Source of the DNA: Octopus sinensis
Lineage: Eukaryota
Direction: 5' to 3'
Assembly (NCBI RefSeq): GCF_006345805.1
Contig: NC_042997.1
Coordinates: forward strand, 80,414,001 to 80,478,000
Length of the DNA stretch: 64,000 nt
Both the position numbers and the translations under genes were made by a program. The notes beneath the pieces were generated by a model, which saw nothing but the letters and a program-made list of their open reading frames with translations, was not told the DNA's origin and did no database searches. This document shows, in pieces, positions 11,264-24,013 of this stretch. Every line of letters begins with the position of its first letter. Positions within the stretch are counted from its first letter, which is position 1.

Positions 11264-13140
11264 CAGTTGTTCTTTAAGTAGGCAATTACTGCCCACCTAG
11301 GAGCATTGAAAAGATCTGATAGTGATAAGCAGAGAGGGAATGTAGGGCAGCCTTATATCCCCTCTCTGGGACAGCTGATATCAATGATACTTTAGGTTTG
11401 GAAAAGAAATACTGACAGTGATAAACAAAGAAGGTTCATAGTAGGCTGCTCAGTAACAAGGGACAGATGATATCAATACAAATTAAATGTGTTTTTCAGT
11501 TTGAAAATGAGTCATGATTCAAGTAAAATGCAAAATATTGTGAAGACTGAAAATTAAAGTTAAATTATGAAACAATCTACTGTTAAGATAGAAAAACCTA
11601 GTGTAGCTTCTAGTGATGGAAGAAATACTTCTAGTCATGATCACAATGTTTTGTTTTAGCTAAACAGCAGGGTTTTAAAAGAGCTTTGTCATTATAGTTA
11701 ACATTAATCTTTATGGGTCTTTGGACCCTGGAAGAATTCTAAATCTCAGCTGAGTGAATATGAATGTGCAAAAGCCAAAGTTAATTAGAATTTTGCAAAA
11801 AGAAATGATAGGGAATTTATGGAAAATTGACTACAGATTTTTCAATCAAAATGTTCATTTCAAGAAAGTGTGAAAATTATGAAGAATTTAACAAATAAAT
11901 GGAATAACTCCTAAATGGAACAAAATATTAAATCAAAGAGCAAATCAAGGTTTAGTAAACTGCAATGAAGTTCAACAAATGAAAGTATTGATTGACAATG
12001 TACTGCATCCTATTTCAATTAGTTATTCAATGCTTCCTTTTCAAAACTTCCTTGATCACAGGTAAAAATACTTCCAGAAAATTGGAACAGCAAAAATGTT
12101 GAAATTGCTGAGTTAATTAACTGTGTCATTTTTCAAAATATTATGAAGGATATCCGAGGTGCTTCTTATCACACATTAATTGTAAATGAAATTAACAACA
12201 CCACAGTTAGAAAACTGCTGATTTTGTAAATGAAATAATGTTTCTCTGATGGAACTATGGCTAACAGTGAGTTACTTTTCACATACTAACAATTTTTATT
12301 TGATAAGGAATTAGATTTATAAAAGATGACAAATTTCAGCTCAACTAGTGCTGTAGTCAGAAGTGATGCAATATTATTAAAGAAATTTCACATATCTCAG
12401 AATAATACTGTGTAACCCACCAGAAGAATCTAAGCTTCGATGATGCATGTGTATGATGAAGAATACGGAAATATTTCTTTACACTCTATATACAAGCCAT
12501 CTGCAAAGGAATTTCTGAGAAAATAGCCAAAATTGTAGAATATACTGTAGTCTCAAAGGAACCACAAAAAGTAAGTCAAATATAGTGTAAAAATGTCACA
12601 ATTGTAGTGAAAAAAAGTGGTTAAAAATGATAAAATATTCATCAAGTCTTTCTCAAAAAAGTCGATAACAAACTGAGCCTATTTGAAAGTATTGCAGAAT
12701 CTACAAAATTAAGTTTCTACTGACTTACTGAATTATATTTTAGTTGAAATTGTGGGTATTATTTGAAGTTTTCAAGTTTAATCGGGCAAAATCTTGGTAA
12801 CACTTCAGACAGTACCTAAGTGAGATGCCAAGTTTACAAAGTTCAGTTTGGAATATTGATATAATAAATAAGTTTCTAAAAGAGAATTATCTGTGTGTCA
12901 TAGATTGAGATATACAACCTGTTGATTTTGCCATGAAAAAGTTTCAGTCACAGAAAATAAAGCATAAAAGAATAAAACAAGTAATCACAAAGAAAGTGTT
13001 TAACTGTGCATTCATAAACTATTGCTCTACAGACATTTATTATTTTCAGTAATGGACAATTCAAAGCTGTGCTTCAGCAAAAGAAGAAAAAGGGAGTGTT
13101 TGAATCTATTGTATAGGATTTATAGACCTAACGGGTTTTA
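11264..13140 (+). mobile_element. Heavily decayed hAT transposon (transposase relic, ZNF862/C17orf113-like motifs)
   Basis: Left end cagttgttctttaagtaggc after TAGAG resembles a hAT CAGTGGTTCTCAA TIR. ~12100-12230 translates EIAELINCVIFQNIMKDIRGASYHTLIVNE..TVRKLLIL (first catalytic D region). ~12405-12450 gives YCVTHQKNLSFDDA (CxxH motif). The right TIR was not found. Confidence 0.55.
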
Positions 13141-15498
13141 AACTAATAATATCATACAATTTCTAGCTCTGAGACATAGGAAATGAAAGTGCTGAATGGC
13201 TGACAGAAAATATAGCCAATTACCTCTCAGAAATGTCTTATCTAATATATTATGTAAATAATTCCAACTATGTAATACCTTTCTTCTAATGTGAAATGCC
13301 TTCAAATATTCAGTATTCTGAATCAAATGAGTGTAAATATCAAAGTGGATAAGAGAACCAAATACTCAGTCCAAAGGTTGATGGTGTGTATCATGTTAGT
13401 AACACAGTAGATGGCTCAAAGTCTGTACTTTACAGACTACACAAAATGAACAACATCAAATAAATGTTCAAAATTAGTGTTCCATTAACTTTCAGGAGTA
13501 ATTTTGACCTCCTGTGTGTGCCACTTAAAGAATGAACTTCACAAAACTCCAGATACACTTCATGCTTAACATTTATAATCAAATCTCATGAGAAAAATAA
13601 AACATGTGGAAATGTTCTATTCCAGTCTATGTAATTCATAGTCCACCATAAGATTCATATCACCACAGATTCAGCTATAGCTATTATTAATCTTCAGCAT
13701 TTAGTTATCTAAGCTTTCTAATTTGAACCCCGTTTCAGAAAGCAATACACTACACTAATCTACTGCAGATTAGTAAATCATTTAAATGCAATACTGTGCA
13801 CCACGGTGGTGTAATTTAAATGTTCTAATCTCTTTTACCAGAGCAATCATGCTTAAGATCTCACTCTCGCTAAATGTAGAGGGATTAAAAGAAGATACAA
13901 ACCTCCTCCCATAAAATTAACTTAATCCCATATTAATAGCTGCTTTTATTCCAAGAAGATCCCTGCAGGGTCTTTTTCAGAAGCATGCATACACACACAC
14001 TCTCTCTCTCATACAATAGTTAAAACAAACAAAAATTTCTAGAAACACAAGCTGTCAATGGCAGGGTTTGAAATCAAAATATTCAGGTCAATATTGAGAA
14101 CTTAGCCTATTATATGTGGTTTAAGTGGACTTCTTTCTTTAATGATAGCAACTGATCTTTCTTTTGAAAAACTTATTAACATTTCTTTCAAGTGAAGCAA
14201 TCACAAACACTTCATGTAGAAGCTACAGTAAGTTAAGATTCTTTTAAAAATCTGATAGAGGGTCTGGGGTGGAGAAGAGAGCCATTATAAAATTTACTTT
14301 CCTCTCATGCCAACACACACCAAAACAAGTTATGAAATCAACTGGTTGAAAATCCAAATATAAAAAGATGAAAGTTTTTTGTTTTTTTGCTACCAGTAAC
14401 AACTCTGCTGCCACTGTTGCTTTAATCCTATACATCTCTACTACTTTTAGATAAATCAGGAAAATACTGTACAATGAGGTTAGAAGGGCAATTAGGTCAG
14501 GAATATGACCAATTTTAAAGAACTATTAATATTTATCTCAACACACTCAAAATAGACTGCTAACCAACTTTTTAGTTCCAGCTAAGAGTTTAAAAAAAGA
14601 TCACCATAGCAGATCAATATTTAATGTCTGCAGTGATATTTGTTTTTGTATTTTTGATTTAAAATAACATTTTAAAAAAATGATTAAAAAAATGACTCAC
14701 AATGTAAAAGGAAAACGAATTGGGATTTTTTGGTCATTGTTAGTTTTATGCTAGCCCTAGAAAGCACATATCTTTAAGTAGCTTTGTAGACCAACTCAAA
14801 ATAACAAGAAAGAAAACAAATTTAATCCTTAAAAAAATGCTATGTTGGAGGTGAGCTGGAAGGTGAACTTTTAGTAATCTTTGTATAAAGCAAGTCAACA
14901 ATGAAAAGTTACAATAAAAGTTGCCAGGTAACACAAGTTGAAAAAATATGTGTTTCTAATTCTACATTGAGCACAACTATTGCTTTAGATTGGCCAATAG
15001 CTTTTGGTTCATATTAACAGACAAAAATATATAATAAAAATAAAAACCATAAATTTAATAAACGACAGCAGCTAACAGGAACATTCTAAACACAAGTATT
15101 TTATTCAGACAAAATTAGTTTGAATAAAGTAATCTTAAACGACAATAGCTGTGACTAAAGAACAAAACAAAATTTTGAGTCAGCATGTTTTTAGTAAAAG
15201 CACAAGGCCTGAATTTGGTAGAAGTTACTTGATTAAAGTGGCTCCATTACTTGACTGGTACATATTTTATCAACAAAAGAAGGTTGAAAGGTAAAGATGT
15301 TCTCAGTGGTATTTGAATCCAAAACACAAAGGAGATGGAAGAAATACTATGAAACAATTTGTCTGACACACTAAAAATACTGCCAATCAACCAACCCTAT
15401 AATTTAGGCACAAGGCCACAAAATTTTAAGAGTTGGAATTAGTTGATTACACTGGCTTTAGTACTTAAATAGTATTTTAGTTTAGAAGACCTAGAAGG

Positions 15499-16844
15499 AT
15501 GAAAGAGCTATGTAGACCTCAATGGGATGATCCCAGACCACGTAGAGTCAGAACAAGTACTACAAGGCATTTTCTCTGACACTCTAACAATTTTGCTCCT
15601 CCACTGTACAAGCAATAATGGTAAAAATAATTGTTTCTAATTTAGGTACAAAGCCAGCAATTTTAGAGGGAAGAAATAAGTTGATTAAATCTACCACTGG
15701 TACTTTATTTTATCAACTTCAAAAGAGTGAAAAGTAAAATTGGCCTCAATAGGAATTGAACTCAAAATATAAGAAGCAAAAAGAAATACTGCATAGCAAT
15801 TTTTCTGATGCTCAAATGATTCTGCCAGCTCCCCCTCCTAAGAACAATAATAACTATACTATAGCATATGCCATTCCACAAAAAATGGATATCAAGGTTA
15901 ATCCATCTAATATTGTTTGTTGTCAAGGATCGCCATAAAAGATAGTGCTTCACTTCTTAAATGAAGAATCAAATTTACAAATATACACACCACACAGAAA
16001 ATAGCACTACTTGGCACTGCACAAATATGAAGAGTGGTTCCAATACAAAATCTAAAAAGAAAACATTGTACACTACCAAGATGCAAAGAACTATCCAATG
16101 AAAACATGACTACAAAAAAATAATAATTTTTAAAAATTCAAAAGGCTGGAAATTTGATGGGAGGGATAAATTGACTACATCATCCCCAGTATTTAAATGG
16201 TACTTTCTTTTATTGAACCCAGAAGGATGAAAGGCAAAGTAGTCTGTGGCAAGATTTGAACTTAGAATTTAAAGAAGTGGAACAAATACTGCAAGACATT
16301 TTATCTAGTGACTTTATGAGTTCTGACAACCCACTGCCCATAGACTACTGCAAAATAATAAAGCACAGAATTCACAAATTATGCATGTCTCAATGCTGTA
16401 TTTATTTTCTTACATCTGAAGTCTCTGAAATCACCACTAACAAGGGAAGAACTATTATATGTTAAGTTAGTGTTATCCATGTTCAACGTTGGCAGCATGA
16501 TGAGGAAAAATACAATACTAGTCAATCAGTGATATTATTTTTCATTTTCCTGTATAGCACAACAACCTTGAATGTGTTTTAGCTTTATTGACATCATAAG
16601 TAAAGCATAGCCTTCATCATATTTGCAAAAATAGTAACACACGTAAAAGTTTTGTGTATTGATTACCATACATATGGTTTGTTTACTTACTACTGAATAA
16701 TGCTAGTTCATTCATTCTTAATATGCTTATCACATAAAGGTAGTAAATTGGGTATTCGAGAGCAAGGACCAGATCCATCATATAAACTAGATGGGATCTG
16801 GGCTACGACAAAAATATCAATTACTAGCTGAAATACCCGGCGTC
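15499..16844 (+). repeat. Copy 1 of a 1.35 kb near-identical local duplication
   Basis: Matches 19405-20748 apart from about 2 substitutions and two 1-nt indels that I could see. The ORF track gives identical peptides at offset 3906/3905. Confidence 0.95.
15860..16045 (+). mobile_element. Possible R4/Dong-type (REL endonuclease) LINE 3' relic
   Basis: aaa ata gca cta ctt ggc act gca caa ata tga aga gtg gtt = KIALLGTAQI*RVV, like the C-terminal QKxALLGTAxILRxVL motif. Also duplicated at ~19766-19950. Confidence 0.4.
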
Positions 16845-17593
16845 ACCAAAGTTAATGACTCAGAAAATTAACAGCAACATCGCAAAACTCTTTATCTAAC
16901 ATATAGTAAATATTTTCAAAGTGAAAAAAAAAGAAAAAATCAATGAAACTTTAGACTAAGAACACGTTGTAGAGCTTTATATTTTTCTTCTTTTAAGAAT
17001 ATATTTTAATTGATTTTATCCCTAAAATCTAAACAACAATACTAACCTTAGTATTAAATTCTAAACCTAACCCTCAATGCTAGCCCTAATTTTTGTGTGG
17101 AATCACGATCTCCTATGTTTGAAACATATACAACTTTAAAAAAAAATTGGAACATTAAAATAACCTATATAACTTTAAAACTAAACAGGACAAAAAAGTG
17201 ATAAGCAATTGTAATTTTTTATTTGCAGAATAAGTAAAGCATAGCCTGGTATTGAAAACATAGAAAGTGGAAAGATGCACACACACATGCATGCATGCAT
17301 GCATGCACACACACACACACACACACACCACACACACACACACATCAGGGTTACCTGGTGTTACTCAGGAGCCAAATGCCATATGATAGTTTTGCCATGC
17401 TAAATACATTTTTGCATTTCATTTTTAAGATCCCTATTTTTGGCCCATGTCCTTTCACCTCTTGTGTTATTTGTTCATCTTACTATTTATTCTAAATATA
17501 GAACTTCCTTACAAACAATGTTACATGTTTTCCCAGAAGGAGCCTATGTAAAAAGATTGCGTGGACTTCCAACTCTTGTACATGCTAAATATA

Positions 17594-17817
17594 TATTTCT
17601 TTACTACCCACAAGGGGCTAAACACAGAGGGGACAAACAAGGACAAAGGGATAAAGTCAATTACATCGACCCCAGTGCGTAAATGGTACTTAATTTATCG
17701 ACCCCGAAAGGATGAAAGGCACAGTTGACCTTGGCGGAATTTGAACTCAGAACGTAATGGCTAATAAAAAATGGCTATGCATTTCGCCCGGCATGCTAAT
17801 GTTTCTGCCAGCTCACT
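17594..17817 (-). mobile_element. tRNA-derived SINE family B inserted in the Helitron
   Basis: Minus strand reads gagctggcagaaacattagc (A-box-like) and gagttcaaattcc (B-box), ending ccccttgtgggtagtaaagaaata. Decayed copies at ~15400-15830, 16140-16330, 23360-23700, 29005-29180, 41405-41800. Confidence 0.75.
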
Positions 17818-19404
17818 ACATATCGTTGCCCATGTGATTCATTTATAGACATAGCAAAGCTGAGTTTCACTGGAAATTGTAACCTTTTGAATACAAAAGA
17901 TATTTCTGTGTTAGATGGAATCAAAGGTATTCTTGTTATAAGTGCCTCTTCTTCCATAAAACACCCAGTCAAAATAGTAGCCTGAATAATGTGGTATTAA
18001 TTTTATTAACTACCAGTCTAGTGCCATTACACAACTGAGGCTGATCAAGGTTCCATAGTAGCATGATGATGGCTCCTACCTTTAAGAGAAATCTGTGTGG
18101 TGGCAAGTAAAAACGTTTTGACAAATGTTTTGACACACTTGGCAAGTAAAAACTTAGTGACAAATGTTTTGACAGTTCCTGCAGGAATATCAAGGAAAAA
18201 GCCCTCCCATTTGATCAAAAATCTTTTCTAGTATAGTATTGTAGAATACTTTTTGTTCAAGCAACAATTTAGGTTCATTTTCACTAACATATCTCTTGAG
18301 AGGTCTTCCATGTCATAGGAAGTTTCATTTAAGAGATACATTGTTGATCAAGTTCAGAACGACTGGTATGAGCAAGTTCACACTCATGCAATTTCAAACA
18401 AACAACTTTGTCTTCAATGGCAATTAATGCAGCATTGTAGATTTTGTCACTGTGCTCTATTTTTGTGCCAGGACATTGTAATTGAATCTGGTACTTGTAA
18501 TCTTCTGCAAGATAATTTCTGTATCTTAGCCATATTGATCCTGGATCCCCTAAATCACAGTATTTAAGTAGAATTGCAAACAGGGTTCTTAAATTGCCTC
18601 CTGTGCAAGACACAGAAGCCTTTGACATAGCTGCCATCCAATGACTATCATCCTGTAACAAACCTAACCTAAAAGCTGCTTCTCTATTCAAAGCACAAAC
18701 ATAACCATCAACAGTTTGAAGGTTGATAAAATATGTGTGGCCACAAATTTCATGGAGAAGCAATCATAAGTAAAAACATTCCTGCTGAGTTGAATGCACA
18801 GTATAAACTTATCCTAGAAATTTGTCAAATTGGATATCAGGATAACCATCAACCTCAGCACCTCTTTTTCTGCGATTCCATTGTTTGTTGTTCCATGTAT
18901 AATATGACGGTAATTGATAGTCCAACAGGTTTTTAGCAAAAGAGTTTTTCTGGCATAGTCTGAAAAATGCTGTTAGTGTAGTCTCTCTTGGAGTTAGGGA
19001 TTGCTGAGCTGCAGTTTCTGTAGTGAAATATATTCTTTGCCCATTCTCTAAATGAACTAAAAGTTGTTTCATAACCCTTATTAACATATTTACAAATGTA
19101 CTTAATTGACTTTATAGAATTACAATATTCAACATATATGTAAGTATTGAATGTCTTAGACAAAAGAGGGCAGTAAGGCACTATCCATTGATTACCAATT
19201 TGTATGGTGACCAATTTTTGTTTCAAAATCTCCATCTTGTGGTGCCCTTCTTTCTGTATGATGGATATCCATCATTACCCATTTGCATTTCTTTAATGAA
19301 ATTTTTAGGATAATGTTTCAATACACTTCTTGTCTTTCATGCAAGGTGCAGTTGGTTGAGGTCACCACATGGGCCACGAACCATGTTTGATGTTACAATT
19401 TCAT

Positions 19405-20748
19405 ATGAAAGAGCTATGTAGACCTCAATGGGATGATCCCAGACCACATAGAGTCAGAACAAGTACTACAAGGCATTTTCTCTGACACTCTAACAATTTT
19501 GCTCCTCCACTGTACAAGCAATAATGGTAAAAATAATTGTTTCTAATTTAGGTACAAAGCCAGCAATTTTAGAGGGAAGAAATAAGTTGATTAAATCTAC
19601 CACTGGTACTTTATTTTATCAACTTCAAAAGAGTGAAAAGTAAAATTGGCCTCAATAGGAATTGAACTCAAAATATAAGAAGCAAAAAGAAATACTGCAT
19701 AGCAATTTTTCTGATGCTCAAATGATTCTGCCAGCTCCCCCTCCTAAGAACAATAATAACTATACTATAGCATATGCCATTCCACAAAAAATGGATATCA
19801 AGGTTAATCCATCTAATATTGTTTGTTGTCAAGGATCGCCATAAAAGATAGTGCTTCACTTCTTAAATGAAGAATCAAATTTACAAATATACACACCACA
19901 CAGAAAATAGCACTACTTGGCACTGCACAAATATGAAGAGTGGTTCCAATACAAAATCTAAAAAGAAAACATTGTACACTACCAAGATGCAAAGAACTAT
20001 CCAATGAAAACATGACTACAAAAAAATAATAATTTTTAAAAATTCAAAAGGCTGGAAATTTGATGGGAGGGATAAATTGACTACATCATCCCCAGTATTT
20101 AAATGGTACTTTCTTTATTGAACCCAGAAGGATGAAAGGCAAAGTAGTCTGTGGCAAGATTTGAACTTAGAATTTAAAGAAGTGGAACAAATACTGCAAG
20201 ACATTTTATCTAGTGACTTTATGAGTTCTGACAACCCACTGCCCATAGACTACTGCAAAATAATAAGCACAGAATTCACAAATTATGCATGTCTCAATGC
20301 TGTATTTATTTTCTTACATCTGAAGTCTCTGAAATCACCACTAACAAGGGAAGAACTATTATATGTTAAGTTAGTGTTATCCATGTTCAACGTTGGCAGC
20401 ATGATGAGGAAAAATACAATACTAGTCAATCAGTGATATTATTTTTCATTTTCCTGTATAGCACAACAACCTTGAATGTGTTTTAGCTTTATTGACATCA
20501 TAAGTAAAGCATAGCCTTCATCATATTTGCAAAAATAGTAACACATGTAAAAGTTTTGTGTATTGATTACCATACATATGGTTTGTTTACTTACTACTGA
20601 ATAATGCTAGTTCATTCATTCTTAATATGCTTATCACATAAAGGTAGTAAATTGGGTATTCGAGAGCAAGGACCAGATCCATCATATAAACTAGATGGGA
20701 TCTGGGCTACGACAAAAATATCAATTACTAGCTGAAATACCCGGCGTC
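19405..20748 (+). repeat. Copy 2 of the 1.35 kb duplication, inserted in the Helitron Rep frame
   Basis: Rep peptide EIDSIISAEIPNSTKDED stops at 20749 and resumes as YEIVTSNMVRGPCG at 19404. Confidence 0.95.
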
Positions 20749-23719
20749 TTCGTCTTTTGTGGAGTTTGGAATTTCTGCTGAGATTATGGAATCAATCTCA
20801 TCAGTTTGAATTTTCTGCAAAAGACAGATTAATATATGTGTGTGAGGTAGGCCTCTTTTTTGTCATTCAGTGGTATATATGTAGCAACATACTGGTCAAA
20901 ATATATAAAACTTAGTTATGAAGTCCATCAATTTTGAAACGTTGAGATGAAAAACTCTTGCAATTAGGTCATGTCTATTGATGTATAACTGTTCTGGGAA
21001 AAGTTCAGTTTGGATTTCGTTCCATTTGGGATTGCAAGTAAAAATGATGAAAAGATTAGGATGTCCATAATTACACACATAAGTCATGGCATCCTGTGTC
21101 CTCTCATTCATATATCTTGGGCTTCCTGTAAAATTGGATGGGAGAATACAAAATTGTCCAAGCCCTGTCCCAGCAATATCATTGTTAATGCCATCTTGTA
21201 AATGCACATACGATTCTGAATGTAGTTCTTTTTGGTACCTTTTTATGTAGCACAACCTCTCCGACTCTATTTTGGCATACATATCAACAACATACTGGTG
21301 AAAAAGATCTTGGCAATAGTGAAGATGATTAAATGAATTATTTCGACTCATCAATCAATGAACATAATAATCCATACAGGATACAGATTCCTCCAACTTG
21401 TATACCAAAGTGGTATCCATCTTCTCCATTAGCAAAAAGCAAGGGATATTGTAAAACATCATATGAACAATGAGTTTCATTTATGAATGTGATGCTATTG
21501 TCACGATATTTCCAAACAATATCTTGTTTCCCAAGTTCTTCTCCAACCATAATAATGTTCCTTTAGAACATCACCTATAAAATATATTTGTAAAAATTGT
21601 GGATCTTTATCTGTAAAGGCTTAAGAGAACCAATTGCGATAAATTTGTCATTGCACTTTAAAAGTCAGCATAAACCCACTTTCCCTAATAATTTTTGCCC
21701 CAAATGATGTCATTCGAAAAGCAAAATTGTATGCTCACATATCTTTAAGAAAGTGTTTTGATTCTGAAGTGGTACCCAAAAGAGGATATGTTATAAGTTC
21801 TGGAGACTCAATTATTTGTAAATGGACTTTATCTTTAGAACAACACACCTAATAGTTCCTTCTCCCACTCCCTAACACCCCACTTTTCACATGTTTTGCA
21901 CATAGAGCCCAGGGAGACAATTTTTTCAGATGCATAATTATGATTAGGATCATAAATGCTACACCTTGCCACTGAAATTGTCTACATTTTCTGCTGGTTT
22001 TCTCTGGAAAGCTTTCTCCTTTTTAGTCGTATTTTTCAGTCACTTTCACTTTCTTGTTTGCTGTTTGTTCTGCCTTTTTCTCTCCCTTTTTGCAATCATT
22101 TCTTTGTCTTTTTTCTTTCTATAATTTTCCGTCTTTCTCTGCAGTCTTATTTCCCAATCTTTATCACCTTCTTGTTCTCTTGTCCTCCTCTCATATTCCC
22201 TCATTTTTTGCAACTTCACTTTCTGATGGTCTTTTTCTTTCTTCATATTAAGTGTTTGAATTCTCATTCTTTTATCTTTTTTACTGTCTTGTGATATTTC
22301 ATTTCCTTCTACATTTCTTTCATGCTCATGACTGTTTATAGGAAAGAGAGCATTGTAAAAGCTGTTGTCAATTTCGCCACTACATAACACTGATATTCTT
22401 CCTTCCTGTAACTGTTTGACTGCAAACAGTGAACAGACGAAAAATAATTTCATCAACATTTTTGTGATGAACCTGAATTGCAGTATTGTACAATTCATTA
22501 ATGGCAGCTAATTCAACATTACTGCAGTAGGTTTCATCTCTAGTCATGTATGTTTGGTATTCTTGCTTTGTACTATTCGAAATAAAAGAATGAAAATACT
22601 TCCAACTATTGCATATGTATCATACAGACTCTTCCCAGAGAGTTCGGTAATTTCTGTTGTTTTTGAGCAAGAATGACACAGCTCTGAACATAATTACCAT
22701 CACCCATGACTGTATTAAAGGAGTGAATTAATAAATCAATGTAATTGTTGAATATTTTTCACTAAATTCAGTAAGGGACTTCATCTTCAGCTTAAACTTT
22801 AGATGGTTTTGTGAACAGCATGTGATAGAAAATTAGAACACCAAAAGGGATGAGATACTAAATGATAGCAATTTCTCCTTTAGAAATCTGTCGTTCTATC
22901 TTTGCGATAGATGAATGAGTGATTATAATTTTGTAAATAATAAAAACGAAATTAAAAAGGTACTTCACCTTCAATGTTGACTTGAAACGTCATCTTTGTG
23001 AAAAGAAAAATGAATTGACTCTTAAGTATTTAGCAGACAATAACTTTTTTTTATCATATGTTCATAAATGCAAAAAAGGAATACTTCAGTTATTTCCAGA
23101 TAATTTTGGCTTAAACGTCAAATACTTGTCTATAGATTTGTGAGTGTGTGTGTTAGAGAGAGAGAGTGAGAGAGGGGCATCCAGACAAACAGAGTAATAA
23201 CACAAAGTCTTGCTCAAATGAGTATGAAAAGCATTATGGTTAAAAAATAGTAAAAAGCCTTACTACAATCAATATAAAAAGTAAATATATTTGAAAAGTA
23301 ATCAATTTCCTTACGTAAGGGAAAATAAACAAACAATAATGATTACAATAATGGTTTTAAATTCTAAGTACAAGGCCAGCAGTTCTTAAGGAGTAAGGCT
23401 GACCCTAGTACTAGACTGGTATCATATTTTATTGACTCTGGAAGGATGACAGGCAAAGATGACCGTGATAGGATTTGAACTTAAAATGTAAAGAGCCAGA
23501 CAAACACTGCAAGGCATTTTGTCTGACATTTTGATGATTCTGCAATTCCACCAAGGACATAGACAACAAACTTTGAAATTAAGCGAGTAGCTGATTACAT
23601 CAGTCCCAGTACTTGACTTCATTTTCTTAATCCTAGTGTGATGAAAGGCAAAGTCAACTCCAGTAGAGTTTCAACTTAGAATGCAAAATGCCTCAAAAAT
23701 AGTGCAAAGCATGGTGCTT

Positions 23720-24013
23720 CTCCAGTGTTGGCACCATTTAAAAAGCATTCAGTCAACACTGTAAAGTGGTTGGCATTTGAAAGGGCATCCAGCTGTAAAA
23801 ACCATACCAAAACAGACCTTGCCTGTGCTGGTGCCAGGTAAAAAACACTCAGCCCACTCCGAAGAGTGGTTGGTGTTAGGAAGGGCATCCAGTTGTAAAA
23901 ACTGTGTCAAAACAGACACAGAAGTATGGTGTAGGCTTCTGCCTGGCCAGCTCCTGTCAAACTGTCCAACCTATGCCAGCATGGAAGGAGGACATTAAAC
24001 GATGATGATGATG
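23720..24013 (+). mobile_element. RTE family A 3'UTR fragment (older)
   Basis: gagtggttggtgttaggaagggcatccag...ccagcatggaaggaggacattaaacgatgatgatgatg. A similar short piece lies at ~24900-25000. Confidence 0.75.

Larger units (their letters stand above)
16824..23136 (-). mobile_element. Decayed Helitron (Rep/Pif1 helicase) with both termini
   Basis: 5' A|TC at 23136; 3' GACGCCGGGTATTTCAG-CTAG|T at 16824 with a decayed hairpin. Rep motifs FRMTSFGA, YDVLQYPLLF, FTGSPRYM, HUH motif E*QKRGLPHTHIL (~20828-20870), RGPCG, NQWIVPYCPLLS, SIKYICKYVNKG. Helicase motifs FLDIPAGTVKTF, PPHRFLLKVG..LCNGTRL, SRVGSP. Confidence 0.92.

Noticed and set aside
22046-22498. 150 aa K/E/R-rich ORF as a host gene
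   Set aside because: Lies within the Helitron, upstream of and co-oriented with Rep fragments; most simply its low-complexity N-terminus.
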